Shown piece after piece: positions 39,361-49,345 of a stretch of DNA of 64,000 nt. Below the pieces are notes generated by a model, which saw only the letters and a list, made by a program, of their open reading frames with translations, was not told the DNA's origin and made no database searches. Made by a program: the position numbers and the translations under genes. Origin of the DNA: an uncultured Clostridia bacterium (GTDB taxonomy: Bacteria; Bacillota; Clostridia; TANB77; CAG-465); NCBI GenBank assembly GCA_947631415.1, contig CANRLG010000002.1:15661-79660 (forward strand), given 5' to 3'. The number at the start of each line of letters is the position of its first letter. Position 1 is the first letter of the stretch.

Positions 39361-41130
39361 ATGAGTGAATATAGAACACATACATGTGAAGAATTAAGAG
39401 AAAAAGATGCAGGAAAAGAAGTGAGACTTTCTGGTTTCGTTAAAAATATAAGAGATTTAGGAGGATGTGTATTTATAGATTTAAGAGATCATTATGGTAT
39501 TACACAACTTACTACAGAAAATCCAGAATTATTAGAACAAATAAAAAATATTAATATTGAATCAGCTATAACAGTTGATGGAACTGTTGTAATGCGTCCA
39601 GAAGAAAATATAAATGATAAATTAACAACTGGTAAAGTTGAAGTAGATATTAAAAACATTATAGTTCAAAATAATGTACTTTTACCTTTACCTTTTGAAG
39701 TAGAAAAATCACATGATGTAAAAGAAGATTTAAGATTACAATATAGATTTTTAGATTTGAGAAATGAAGAAATACATCAAAAAATTGTATTTAGAAGTAG
39801 AGTTTTAAAAACAATTAGAGATAAAATGGACGAGATGGGATTTATAGAAATTCAAACACCAATACTAACATCTTCTTCTCCAGAAGGAGCTAGAGATTAT
39901 ATTATTCCTTCAAGAATTCATCCAGGTGAGTTTTATGCTTTACCACAAGCACCACAACAGTTTAAACAATTACTTATGATTTCAGGTTTTGATAAATATT
40001 ATCAAATAGCACCTTGCTTTAGAGATGAAGACCCAAGAGCAGATAGAAGTCCAGGTGAATTTTATCAATTAGACTTTGAAATGTCTTTTGCTACACAAGA
40101 AGATGTTTTAAAATCTCTTGAAGAAGTTACAAGACATGTATTTAATACACATGGTCGTGTACCAATTTCACAAGATTCATTTGTTCAAATTCCATATAAA
40201 GAAGCAATGGATAAATATGGTTCAGATAAACCAGATTTAAGAAATCCTTTAATAATTAATGATGTAAGTGAATGTTTTGCTAAATCAGAATTTAACGCAT
40301 TTAAAAATAAAACAGTTAAAGCTATTGCAATTGATTCTTCAACTGTTACAAGAAGATTTTTTGATGAAATGACAGATTTTGCAAAATCTGAATTAGATAT
40401 GAAAGGTCTTGCTTGGATTAAAATTAATGAAGACGGTAGTGTAGTAGGACCAATAGCAAAATATTTATCTGAAGATATTCAAAAAGAAATGTTTTCAATT
40501 ACAGGTGCAAAAGAGAATTATGGTATATTCTTTATTGCAGATGAATATCTAAAAGCTTGTAAGGATGCAGGAAATGTTAGACAAGAACTAGGAAGAAGAC
40601 TTGGAATTATAGATGAAAGTGTATATAAATTCTGCTTTATCGTAGATTTTCCATTTTATGAAGAAACAGATGATGGAAAAATAGACTTTGGTCATAATCC
40701 ATTCTCAATGCCTCAAGGAGGACTTGAAGCTCTAGAGACAAAAAATCCTTTAGATATTTTGGCATATCAATATGATATGGTATGTAATGGGTATGAACTA
40801 GCTTCAGGTGCTGTTAGAAATCATGATACAAAGATTATGACTAAAGCATTTGAAATTGCAGGATATAGTGAAGAAACAGTTAAAAATAAATTTGGCGCAC
40901 TATATAATGCATTTAAGTTTGGTGCTCCACCACATGCAGGTGCTGCTCCTGGACTTGATAGAATGATGATGTTACTACTTGGTGAAACAAACATTAGAGA
41001 AGTTATTGCTTTTCCAAAGAATAGTAAAGCAAGAGACCTTCTAATGCAAGCTCCAAACTTCGTAACAGATGAACAGTTAAGAGATGTTCACATCAAAGTT
41101 GATGTAAAAGATAATAACAAAAAAATATAA
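39361..41130 (+). CDS. aspS: aspartyl-tRNA synthetase (bacterial type, with insertion domain)
   Basis: N-terminal OB anticodon-binding domain and class II motifs (FRDEDPRADRSPGEF, GAPPHAGAAPGLDR). Length 589 aa. Confidence 0.9.
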   Translation: MSEYRTHTCEELREKDAGKEVRLSGFVKNIRDLGGCVFIDLRDHYGITQLTTENPELLEQIKNINIESAITVDGTVVMRPEENINDKLTTGKVEVDIKNIIVQNNVLLPLPFEVEKSHDVKEDLRLQYRFLDLRNEEIHQKIVFRSRVLKTIRDKMDEMGFIEIQTPILTSSSPEGARDYIIPSRIHPGEFYALPQAPQQFKQLLMISGFDKYYQIAPCFRDEDPRADRSPGEFYQLDFEMSFATQEDVLKSLEEVTRHVFNTHGRVPISQDSFVQIPYKEAMDKYGSDKPDLRNPLIINDVSECFAKSEFNAFKNKTVKAIAIDSSTVTRRFFDEMTDFAKSELDMKGLAWIKINEDGSVVGPIAKYLSEDIQKEMFSITGAKENYGIFFIADEYLKACKDAGNVRQELGRRLGIIDESVYKFCFIVDFPFYEETDDGKIDFGHNPFSMPQGGLEALETKNPLDILAYQYDMVCNGYELASGAVRNHDTKIMTKAFEIAGYSEETVKNKFGALYNAFKFGAPPHAGAAPGLDRMMMLLLGETNIREVIAFPKNSKARDLLMQAPNFVTDEQLRDVHIKVDVKDNNKKI

Positions 41131-41150
41131 TTAAAGAGAGGTATAATTAA

Positions 41151-42128
41151 ATGAAGATAGCCATACTTGGTGTTGGTGCGTATGCTATTGCACTTTCAAA
41201 AGTTTTTAATAAAAATAAAGAAAATACTGTTTCAATGTGGACTAAATTTAGAGATGAAGCAGATGTTGTAATGACACAAAGAGAAAATCCTGGAGTACTT
41301 CCTGGAGTAAAAATAGATGAAGATATTGAAATAACAAGAGACCTACAACATTGTATGGAGGGGGCAAAAATTGTTGTTTTAGCTGTTCCTGCTGGAGCAG
41401 TTAGACAAGTTAGTGAAGAAGTATCTTTTCATGCAAAAAAAGAGCAAATCTTAGTTGTAGTATCTAAAGGAATTGAGCCAAGAACTAATATGTTCATGTC
41501 AGATATAGTATATCAAGCTACAAAAAATAAAAATATTTGTATGTTAGCAGGACCTTCATTTGCAATAGAAATAGCAAATGGTTCAAAGACTGGATTTAAT
41601 GTTGCAGGTTCTAATCCTGAGGCAACAAAAATAGTAAAAGAGGCTTTTGAAAATGATGGTCTTGTAGTTACACAGTGGGATGATATTATAGGAATAGAAG
41701 TTGCATCTTCAATGAAAAATGTATTTGCAATTTTTATGGGAATGCTTGATGGAATGGGACAACCTGAGTCATATAAGTCAAGTTGTTTAGTTGCATTAAT
41801 TAAAGATCTAGAAACAGCAATTAAAGCACTTGGTGGAAAAGGTGAAACTATATTTACATACGCAGGACTTGGAGATATGCTACTTACTTGTATGAGCCCA
41901 AAATCAAGAAATTATACTTTTGGTATGTATATAGGACAAGGTTACACAATGGAAGAAGCATTCAATACTATGTCAGTTAAGACTGTAGAAGGAATATATA
42001 CTCTTGGTACAATTACAGATTTAATGGAAGAAAAGAATTTCAAAATTAGGTCTTTAGAAATATTACATGGAATATTATATAACGGAGACTCTAAAGATAA
42101 TCTAATTGAGAAAATTAGAATGGAGTAG
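41151..42128 (+). CDS. gpsA: divergent NAD(P)H-dependent glycerol-3-phosphate dehydrogenase-like protein (GpsA family)
   Basis: Collinear GpsA motifs (VSKGIEP, AGPSFA.E, DIIGIEVA...KN, GLGDM.LTC.S..SRN..G). The N-terminal dinucleotide motif is degenerate (GVGAYA). Confidence 0.55.
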   Translation: MKIAILGVGAYAIALSKVFNKNKENTVSMWTKFRDEADVVMTQRENPGVLPGVKIDEDIEITRDLQHCMEGAKIVVLAVPAGAVRQVSEEVSFHAKKEQILVVVSKGIEPRTNMFMSDIVYQATKNKNICMLAGPSFAIEIANGSKTGFNVAGSNPEATKIVKEAFENDGLVVTQWDDIIGIEVASSMKNVFAIFMGMLDGMGQPESYKSSCLVALIKDLETAIKALGGKGETIFTYAGLGDMLLTCMSPKSRNYTFGMYIGQGYTMEEAFNTMSVKTVEGIYTLGTITDLMEEKNFKIRSLEILHGILYNGDSKDNLIEKIRME

Positions 42129-42132
42129 TAAA

Positions 42133-42738
42133 TTGAATAAAGAAGAAATTCTAAACGAAATAAAAACAGAAGCATTAGAAAATCATGTTCCAATAATAGA
42201 GGATGATTCTCTAGAATATATAGAGAATATACTAAAAGAGGAAAAACCAAATAAAATGCTTGAAGTTGGAACTGCTGTTGGATATTCTGCTATATGTTTT
42301 TCAAAATATTTAAGTGGAGATAATGCAAAAATAAAAACTATTGAAATTAAAGAAAATATGTATAAAAAGGCAATAGATAATATTACTAAAATGGAGTTAA
42401 ATGACAAAATAGAAGTAATACTTGCTGATGGAACTGAATATATGAAAGAAATTCCAGATACTGAGCAATATGATATAGTATTTATTGATGCAGCCAAAGG
42501 TCAATACTTAGTTTATTTAGAACAAGCGATAAGACTTACAAGAGTAGGTGGAATAATAATAGCAGATAATATGCTTTATAGAGGGAGAACTTTATCAGAT
42601 TATAATGAGCATAAACATAGAACAGCCACAAATAGACTTAGAAAATATCTTGAGATAATGAAAGAGGATGAAAGGCTAAATTCTGAGTTGATTATGGTTG
42701 GAGATGGTCTTGCAATAAGTAAAATTATAAAAAAATAG
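42133..42738 (+). CDS. class I SAM-dependent O-methyltransferase (family 3, caffeoyl-CoA OMT/YrrM-like)
   Basis: Motifs LEVGTAVGYSAI, DIVFIDAAKGQY and GGIIIADN. The start is probably TTG at 42133 (GGAG at 42122-42125). The ORF-track start at 42106 overlaps the gpsA-like stop. Confidence 0.7.
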   Translation: MNKEEILNEIKTEALENHVPIIEDDSLEYIENILKEEKPNKMLEVGTAVGYSAICFSKYLSGDNAKIKTIEIKENMYKKAIDNITKMELNDKIEVILADGTEYMKEIPDTEQYDIVFIDAAKGQYLVYLEQAIRLTRVGGIIIADNMLYRGRTLSDYNEHKHRTATNRLRKYLEIMKEDERLNSELIMVGDGLAISKIIKK

Positions 42739-42775
42739 CTAGGAAGAATATATACTTCCTAGTTTTTTTATATGT

Positions 42776-44446
42776 TTATTTTTCATTTTGATTTTTAAAT
42801 TTTTTGTTAGTATATGAAACATTTGATTTATTAAATATTGAATATGTTTCAGATAGAGTTACTTTTTTGCAACTTACTTTGTCATCTATTATATCCATAT
42901 TAAAGATTTGAAAATCATCAGTTGTAAGTACTAAAACTAAAGTGTAGTTGTCTATATTTGTAATATAGAGTTTTTCAATTTCAATATTTTTATATTGTGT
43001 AAAGTTTTCTTTTATGTATGTATAAAGTTTTTCAATATCTTGTGTACTTTTCGTAGATATTGGACTATTAAGTAGAAATTTAAGATTATCTATCTTAATT
43101 AATTCAGTATTATCTATTAGAGCTTTAAAAGGCAAATTAAGGTCTTTTACTTTTATTAAGGATACGAATGTACCCTCAACAGATAAAGCCATTATTTCAG
43201 TGTTTTCTTCAAAATCTAAGCCAATTAAACGATTAAAGTCCATACTGTTATATATTTTTACGTATTTATCTGAAGATAATACTTCAGAAGCTATACTGTA
43301 TTTCATTTTTTCTATTAAATTAGAAGAACTACTTTCAAAACTATTTAGTATTTTGTATGAAATTGTATTAAAAATACTATTTTCTAGTTTTTCACTTTCA
43401 AATATAAGTAATTTAGATAGTTGTTTTTGTCGTATTACAAAATCTATAGGTGAATATTTATTTTCTGAAAGTACTAGAGTATCAACTAATATGTTTTGAA
43501 TAACAGTTACATCTTCTAAAATACTTTCTTCAAGTGAGTTAATAGTTTCATTAAGACTTGCAGAAACATCTTCAATATCATCTTCTTCGCTATTTGGATT
43601 AATTTCTAAAATAGCTTTAGAGATTAGATAGTGTAGTGTATTTCTTTCTTTTTCTACTTTTTCATCTGCTTTTTCATTTGGTAATTTCTTTTTAGATTGA
43701 AGATAATTATCATCTAGTTGCATATTCAAATATAATAATTTGTTATAGTTTGAGTATTTTCTACTAACGTTATCGAAAATACCGAGTAGCATATCTTGAT
43801 TTTCAATTTTTCCTTTAGCAAGTACTTTTTCAAGATATGAATTTGGATTTAAAAATAGGTGATAATATAAATCTTCTTCTTGAATTCCTATAGAGAAGCA
43901 TAATTGCTTAAGTATTTGTCCTTCTAGAAAATAAATATTATTGTCTGTAACTATACCATTACCAAGAAAATCGTTGCTATAAGTTCTATAAGTAGGAACA
44001 ATGCTTAAAGTAGTAGGTTCAGTATATAGAAGTCTACATACAAGATTTGATACTACTGCACGATTAAAGCCAAAATGTTTGTGCTCTTGTTTATAGCTTA
44101 ATTTTGAAAGTGAAGTAGTAGAGTAGCCTACATTATATGAACTATTTTTTCCTGGAGTAGTTGTAATAGCATATACAAGTCTTAGAAATAATGCTTCTAG
44201 GTCATTTATATCTTTTATATATAATTCTTTTTTTATTGCATCATAATATCCAGTTTTATAATCATGAACTTTATCTGGACTTAGAAAAACGACATTTACA
44301 TTGTTATATAATTTTTTAGCAAGTTTATTTACATTCATATTATCAATATAACCAAATGATAAAAGCTTTTCAAATAGATAGTTTACTTTTTCCATAAATT
44401 CATCACTTAATTTACATTTTTCTTTAAACTTATCTAAATAATTCAT
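42776..44446 (-). CDS. hypothetical cytoplasmic protein (556 aa), no recognisable domain
   Basis: Long ORF with an RBS (aggaggt) and codon usage consistent with its neighbours. No motif identified. Confidence 0.4.
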   Translation of the reverse strand: MNYLDKFKEKCKLSDEFMEKVNYLFEKLLSFGYIDNMNVNKLAKKLYNNVNVVFLSPDKVHDYKTGYYDAIKKELYIKDINDLEALFLRLVYAITTTPGKNSSYNVGYSTTSLSKLSYKQEHKHFGFNRAVVSNLVCRLLYTEPTTLSIVPTYRTYSNDFLGNGIVTDNNIYFLEGQILKQLCFSIGIQEEDLYYHLFLNPNSYLEKVLAKGKIENQDMLLGIFDNVSRKYSNYNKLLYLNMQLDDNYLQSKKKLPNEKADEKVEKERNTLHYLISKAILEINPNSEEDDIEDVSASLNETINSLEESILEDVTVIQNILVDTLVLSENKYSPIDFVIRQKQLSKLLIFESEKLENSIFNTISYKILNSFESSSSNLIEKMKYSIASEVLSSDKYVKIYNSMDFNRLIGLDFEENTEIMALSVEGTFVSLIKVKDLNLPFKALIDNTELIKIDNLKFLLNSPISTKSTQDIEKLYTYIKENFTQYKNIEIEKLYITNIDNYTLVLVLTTDDFQIFNMDIIDDKVSCKKVTLSETYSIFNKSNVSYTNKKFKNQNEK

Positions 44447-44623
44447 ATAAACCTCCTAAATTTATTCAAAATTATAATATAATAAAGAAGAAAAATATAC
44501 AAGTGTATTGACAAAATGTAACTGAATTTAAAGAAAAAAATACACTCTAGCTTTACTAAAGTGTATTACATAATTTAAAACGTTATAATAAAATTAAATA
44601 ATGTGTTAAATTAGATTTTAACA

Positions 44624-45337
44624 TTATTTTAATTCAACTTTTGGATTTTCATCTATTCTAAGAGTTTGAGTAGGGAATACTCTCTTTTCTGAAGGAATAA
44701 ATCCTCTAACTTGAACAGTTGGAAGTATCCATGTATAAGCTCCTATAAAAGAGCCAGGAAGTGTAGTGCTATTTGCACCAAGTCTAGTGGAATCTCCAAT
44801 TATAGCTCCAAAGAAGTCAGTTCCAACATCAACTTTTTCTCCCATAGAATTTTTAACAGTAATATCTTTTTGGTCAAATCTTCTGTTTGCACAAATTATA
44901 CCACTACCAATTCTTGTAGATTTTCCAAGTATTGAATCTCCTAAGAAGGCAAGGGATGCAACTTTAGATTTATTTTGCATTATAGAATGTTTAATTTCTG
45001 ATGCATGACCTACAACACAGTTATCTCCAATTATTGAACCAGGTCTAACTAATGCTCCTGATTGAATTTCAACATTTTTTCCAATTATAACTGGTCCTTG
45101 AATTACAGCATTTGCATGAATATGAGTTCCTTCTCCTATTATATAATTACCAGAAAATGAAACAAATTCATCAACAGTAGCATTATTTATCTTTAAATCT
45201 GGTTTAACAACCTTTTCTTCAAGAAAGTCATTTACTTTGGCTAAAACTTCCCAAGGATAAGTAGTGTTTTCAAAAAGTTCACTATATTCAAATTCATCTA
45301 TATGATTAAAATAATATTCATTTTTTAAATTGTTCAT
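44624..45337 (-). CDS. left-handed beta-helix (hexapeptide-repeat) acyltransferase-like protein resembling the C-terminal acetyltransferase half of GlmU
   Basis: Hexapeptide repeats and a GlmU C-terminal-like segment (GALVRPGS.IGDNC.VG...E.K.S...GSGIICANRRFDQK). Stop lies 13 nt after the upstream glmU-like gene. Confidence 0.55.
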   Translation of the reverse strand: MNNLKNEYYFNHIDEFEYSELFENTTYPWEVLAKVNDFLEEKVVKPDLKINNATVDEFVSFSGNYIIGEGTHIHANAVIQGPVIIGKNVEIQSGALVRPGSIIGDNCVVGHASEIKHSIMQNKSKVASLAFLGDSILGKSTRIGSGIICANRRFDQKDITVKNSMGEKVDVGTDFFGAIIGDSTRLGANSTTLPGSFIGAYTWILPTVQVRGFIPSEKRVFPTQTLRIDENPKVELK

Positions 45338-45350
45338 TTTTTTCTCCTAT

Positions 45351-46415
45351 CTAGTCATTTCTAATATCTTTTAAAGATGGTACACGAAGATCATCTTTAA
45401 TATATGTATTTTTTAATACATTTGAGAATGGTCCAACTGTACAATTTGAACCAATTGAAGACCTATCTATCTTTGAAGATTCAATAGTTGTATTATCTCC
45501 AATAGTAGAGCTAATAATTGTAGAATTTGGTCCAATAATACAATTTTCTCCAATTATAGTTTCTCCTTGTATGTTTGTTCCTGGATATATAATAGTATCT
45601 TTTCCTATAGAAACATCTAAAGAAATGTATGTATTATCTGGGTCTATTAAAGTTACACCGTTATCCATGTGTTTTATACGATTATCTCTAAGAAGTGTTT
45701 TTGTAACAACAGATAAGTCATTTCTTGAATTAACACCTTGAGCTTCATCTGAATTTTGCATTGCATATACACCAATTCTGCCACCTTTTTCAATTATATA
45801 GTATGGAACATCAGTAATGTAATATTCATTTTGTGCGTTGTTATTATTTAATTTAGAGAATGTTTCTTTTAAATATTTACCTTTAAAACAGTATAATCCT
45901 ATATTAACTTCTTTTATATTAAGTTCATCTTCGTTACAGTCTTTTTGTTCAACTATCTTTTCAAGATTACCATAAGAATCTCTAACAATTCTACCATAAG
46001 CTGGAGTTTTTTCAAAAACAGCTGAAACTAAAGCTCCATCAAAATTACCAAGTTCTAGGAATGATATAAATGATGTTATTGTGTAAGATGAGATTAAAGG
46101 CATATCGCCATTAACAATTAATACTAAATCATCATCATCAATATATTCTTGAGCTTGCATTACAGCATGACCTGTACCTAATTGTTGTTCTTGTAAAACA
46201 CAGTGTATGTTTTCTCTGTTTTCTAAGTGCTTTTCAACATCCTCATGTTTATGACCTACAATAACATAAGTGTCTTCTATATTTGCATTTTCACACGCAT
46301 CACATACATAATCTATGATACATCTGTCATAAACTTTATGAAGTACCTTTGGAAGATTAGATTTCATTCTTGTACCTTTTCCCCCAGCAAGTACAATAGC
46401 TTTAACTTTGTTCAT
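45351..46415 (-). CDS. GlmU-like sugar-1-phosphate nucleotidyltransferase (UDP-GlcNAc pyrophosphorylase-type N-terminal domain with a truncated LbH tail)
   Basis: N-terminus KAIVLAGGKGTRMKSNLPKVLHKV is the GlmU/nucleotidyltransferase signature. Only about 5 LbH turns at the C-terminus; length 354 aa versus about 455 for canonical GlmU. Confidence 0.65.
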   Translation of the reverse strand: MNKVKAIVLAGGKGTRMKSNLPKVLHKVYDRCIIDYVCDACENANIEDTYVIVGHKHEDVEKHLENRENIHCVLQEQQLGTGHAVMQAQEYIDDDDLVLIVNGDMPLISSYTITSFISFLELGNFDGALVSAVFEKTPAYGRIVRDSYGNLEKIVEQKDCNEDELNIKEVNIGLYCFKGKYLKETFSKLNNNNAQNEYYITDVPYYIIEKGGRIGVYAMQNSDEAQGVNSRNDLSVVTKTLLRDNRIKHMDNGVTLIDPDNTYISLDVSIGKDTIIYPGTNIQGETIIGENCIIGPNSTIISSTIGDNTTIESSKIDRSSIGSNCTVGPFSNVLKNTYIKDDLRVPSLKDIRND

Positions 46416-46544
46416 AAAAAAATTACCTCACTTTACTAAAATAAATATATTATATATTATAACTTAACAGAAAAAATTGTATCATAAAAGTAGTAAAAAG
46501 TCAATGAAAACGGGAGGTTATCCCGTTTTCAAAGTAGTTGAGTA

Positions 46545-47852
46545 TTATTCTTGAAATGTTTCTTCTTCTTCATCAGTATCATCTTCAGATATTTCATAAT
46601 CTTCCTGAGTAATTGCATCACTTGGTATTGCATCAGGTAGAGAATAGAAATCATCTTCATTAGTAACAGGTAAAGCTTCAACATTTTTTAATTTTCTTTG
46701 AATAGTTCGTGTTTTAGCACTTGCTTTTTCCATTGTATGACTAATTTCTTGAAGTTTTTTATTTGTCTTATCTAGTAATTCTCCAAATTTTTCAAATTCA
46801 GATTTAACACCTCCAAGTAATTTCCAAACTTCACTTGAACGTTTTTCTATAGCTAAAGTTCTAAATCCCATTTGTAAGCTATTAAGTAGGGCAACAAAAG
46901 TGTTAGGACCAGATACAACAACTCTGTATTTTTGAGCTAAAGTTTCTATTAAAGCTGTGTTTTTTACTACTTCACAATATAGACTTTCAGTAGGTAAGAA
47001 CATAATACCAAAATCTGTGGTATAAGGAGTTTCTATATATTTATCATGAATGTCTTTTGCAAATAATTTAATAGAATTTTCAAGGCTTTTTCTAGCATCA
47101 TTTATAGCATCAATGTCTCCAAGTTCCTCACTATCAACAAGTCTTTTATAATCTTCAACAGGAAATTTAGAGTCAACAGGTAATAATACGTTTTCATCAG
47201 TATTTTTCCCTGGAAGTTTAATGGCAAATTCAACAAATTCTGTTGCATTAGGACGTGTTTTGGCACTCTTTAAATATTGGTCTGCAGTAAGGTATTCATC
47301 TAGTATATTTCCAAGCTCAATTTCTCCCCAAGTACCACGAGCCTTAACATTTGTAAATATTTTTTTAAGGTCTCCAACACCTTGTGCAAGATTTTGCATT
47401 TCACCTAATCCTTTATATACAGATTCAAGTCTATCATTTACAACTTTAAATGATTCTCCAAGTCTTTGTTCTAGTGTTCCTTGTAGTTTTTCATCTACAG
47501 TTACACGCATTTTTTCTAGTTTATCTGCATTATCCTTTTGCATATATAAAAGTCTATCTTCAACTGTTCTACGTATAAGCTCTAATTTTTCTTCTATATT
47601 TTTACGAGTATTATCTAGTTTTTGTTCATTCAAGTTGGTAAGATTAGTCAATTGCATTTGTTGTGTATTGCCATTTTCAGCAATTTTACTTCCTAAAGTA
47701 TTGTAAATTTCTTCACGTGTTTCTTTAAGCATAGTAGAAATTTCCTGACGTAAATTATCATTTCCATTTCTATTTTTTAATCCTATTAAAAGTACTATTA
47801 TTACTAGTAATAAAACAAGAATAATAGCACATAAAATTGTTGTTATATTCAT
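46545..47852 (-). CDS. rmuC: DNA recombination protein RmuC
   Basis: N-terminal TM segment, a long coiled coil and the RmuC nuclease-like C-terminal domain (GTWGEIELGNIL...LPVDSKFPVEDY). Confidence 0.75.
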   Translation of the reverse strand: MNITTILCAIILVLLLVIIVLLIGLKNRNGNDNLRQEISTMLKETREEIYNTLGSKIAENGNTQQMQLTNLTNLNEQKLDNTRKNIEEKLELIRRTVEDRLLYMQKDNADKLEKMRVTVDEKLQGTLEQRLGESFKVVNDRLESVYKGLGEMQNLAQGVGDLKKIFTNVKARGTWGEIELGNILDEYLTADQYLKSAKTRPNATEFVEFAIKLPGKNTDENVLLPVDSKFPVEDYKRLVDSEELGDIDAINDARKSLENSIKLFAKDIHDKYIETPYTTDFGIMFLPTESLYCEVVKNTALIETLAQKYRVVVSGPNTFVALLNSLQMGFRTLAIEKRSSEVWKLLGGVKSEFEKFGELLDKTNKKLQEISHTMEKASAKTRTIQRKLKNVEALPVTNEDDFYSLPDAIPSDAITQEDYEISEDDTDEEEETFQE

Positions 47853-47987
47853 ACATTTACCTCATTTCTTTACACTTTGAAATTATATCAAAAAAACAAA
47901 AGTTTGTAAATGAAAAAAAGAATATATGTTTAAAAATAATGGGGAATAAAAAATTGGAAAAAAGATTAAATTTAGATTAAAAAAGTA

Positions 47988-48016
47988 TTGACAAAATGCC
48001 ATATAAATGGTATTAT
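47988..48016 (+). promoter_or_regulatory. consensus sigma-A promoter (TTGACA, 17-nt spacer, TATTAT) for tRNA-Leu
   Basis: Direct sequence match. The -10 element ends 14 nt before the mature tRNA 5' end. Confidence 0.5.
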
Positions 48017-48029
48017 TATTAGCGTAGTC

Positions 48030-48114
48030 GCGGGTATGGTGGAATTGGCAGACACGTCGGTCTTAGAAGCCGATGCCGAGAGGCGTGAAGGTTCAAGTCC
48101 TTTTACCCGCACCA
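48030..48114 (+). tRNA. tRNA-Leu (anticodon UAG), type II with long variable arm and encoded CCA
   Basis: Acceptor stem GCGGGTA/TACCCGC. Anticodon stem-loop TCGGT-CTTAGAA-GCCGA. 14-nt variable arm. T-loop TTCAAGT. 3' ACCA. Confidence 0.85.
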
Positions 48115-48123
48115 CAAATTAAG

Positions 48124-48150
48124 TTACCTAGAGATAGGTAATTTTTTTTT
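48124..48150 (+). terminator. intrinsic terminator after tRNA-Leu
   Basis: ttaccta gaga taggtaa hairpin followed by T9. Confidence 0.6.
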
Positions 48151-48220
48151 GCTCTTGTGAATTTTTAACACTATATGATATAATTCAAAATATGAAAGTG
48201 AAATGAGTGGTGAATGATAT

Positions 48221-49345
48221 ATGAATAAAAAAATTAAAGTATTAATATTAGTTTTGGTAATTGTAGTAGCTATCTCTTTGGCGGTAGTATTTGGCTTAAT
48301 TTTAACAAAATCCAAAAAAGATAACTCTGGAACAGGAGAAAAACTTGCAATTGTACCTACTATGCAAGATGAAATTAGTTCAGACAGCGCTTGGTGTGGT
48401 GCATTTCAACTAATTTGGAATGATTTAAAAAATGAAATTGCAGGAAAAGACATTGATTTTGGTGAGAAGAATCAAATGCTTGATAACTTAAATCAAGAAA
48501 GTTATACTTCTGATATGATATCAGATGAATATTATTATAAAAAGTATGGAAAGAAAAGTATTGAATTAAAAGAAGAAATAGAAAAAGCAATACATGAAAA
48601 ATTTGGACAAGGTAGTGATATTTTAAATAACATTGATTGGAACCAAAATCCAAATTATGATGATGAATATTTTCTATATGTAATGCTCTATAGAAAATTT
48701 GAATTTCGCCATGCTTTTGAAAAATTAGATAATGGAAAATTTGGAAAATATAAAGATGTTGAATACTTTGGAATAAAAGGAAATGAAGAAACATTAGGAA
48801 ACCAAATTAATGTATTGTATTATAAATCTAAAAATGACTTTGCAATTGAAATTGAAACTAAGTCTAATGATGTAGTAATGTTATGTAAAAATCCACAAGG
48901 AGATAATTTTCAAACAATATATAATAATATGATTAACGAAGCTACAAAATATCGTGGAGATAGGAGTTTTAATGAAGATTATGATAAATTTAAAGCTCCA
49001 TATATAAATATAGATGAAATAAAGGAATATAAGGAGCTAGAAAATAAAGAGTTTGGAACAAGTGAAACTGGACTTGCTCAAGGAAAAACAGGAACAATAA
49101 CTAATGCAATACAGACAATTAAATTTAAAATGGATGAAAATGGAGGAGAGGTAAAAAGTGAAGCAGGAATACTTTCAGGAATTACAGGAAGTGCTTTAGG
49201 AACTTTTAGGGAACCAGAACCAAGAATATTTTATGTAGATGATACTTTTGCATTATTTTTAAGAGAAGAAGATAATGAAAATCCATATTTTGCTTTAAAG
49301 ATAGAAGATATAACTAAATTCCAAGAAAGCAAAGAAATCACCTAA
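48221..49345 (+). CDS. membrane-anchored serpin-like protein (serine protease inhibitor family). Tentative
   Basis: N-terminal TM/signal anchor. C-terminal region resembles a serpin reactive-centre loop plus signature (KMDENGGEVKSEAG... / F.VDDTFALFLREEDNENPYFALKIEDI). Length 374 aa. Confidence 0.4.
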   Translation: MNKKIKVLILVLVIVVAISLAVVFGLILTKSKKDNSGTGEKLAIVPTMQDEISSDSAWCGAFQLIWNDLKNEIAGKDIDFGEKNQMLDNLNQESYTSDMISDEYYYKKYGKKSIELKEEIEKAIHEKFGQGSDILNNIDWNQNPNYDDEYFLYVMLYRKFEFRHAFEKLDNGKFGKYKDVEYFGIKGNEETLGNQINVLYYKSKNDFAIEIETKSNDVVMLCKNPQGDNFQTIYNNMINEATKYRGDRSFNEDYDKFKAPYINIDEIKEYKELENKEFGTSETGLAQGKTGTITNAIQTIKFKMDENGGEVKSEAGILSGITGSALGTFREPEPRIFYVDDTFALFLREEDNENPYFALKIEDITKFQESKEIT

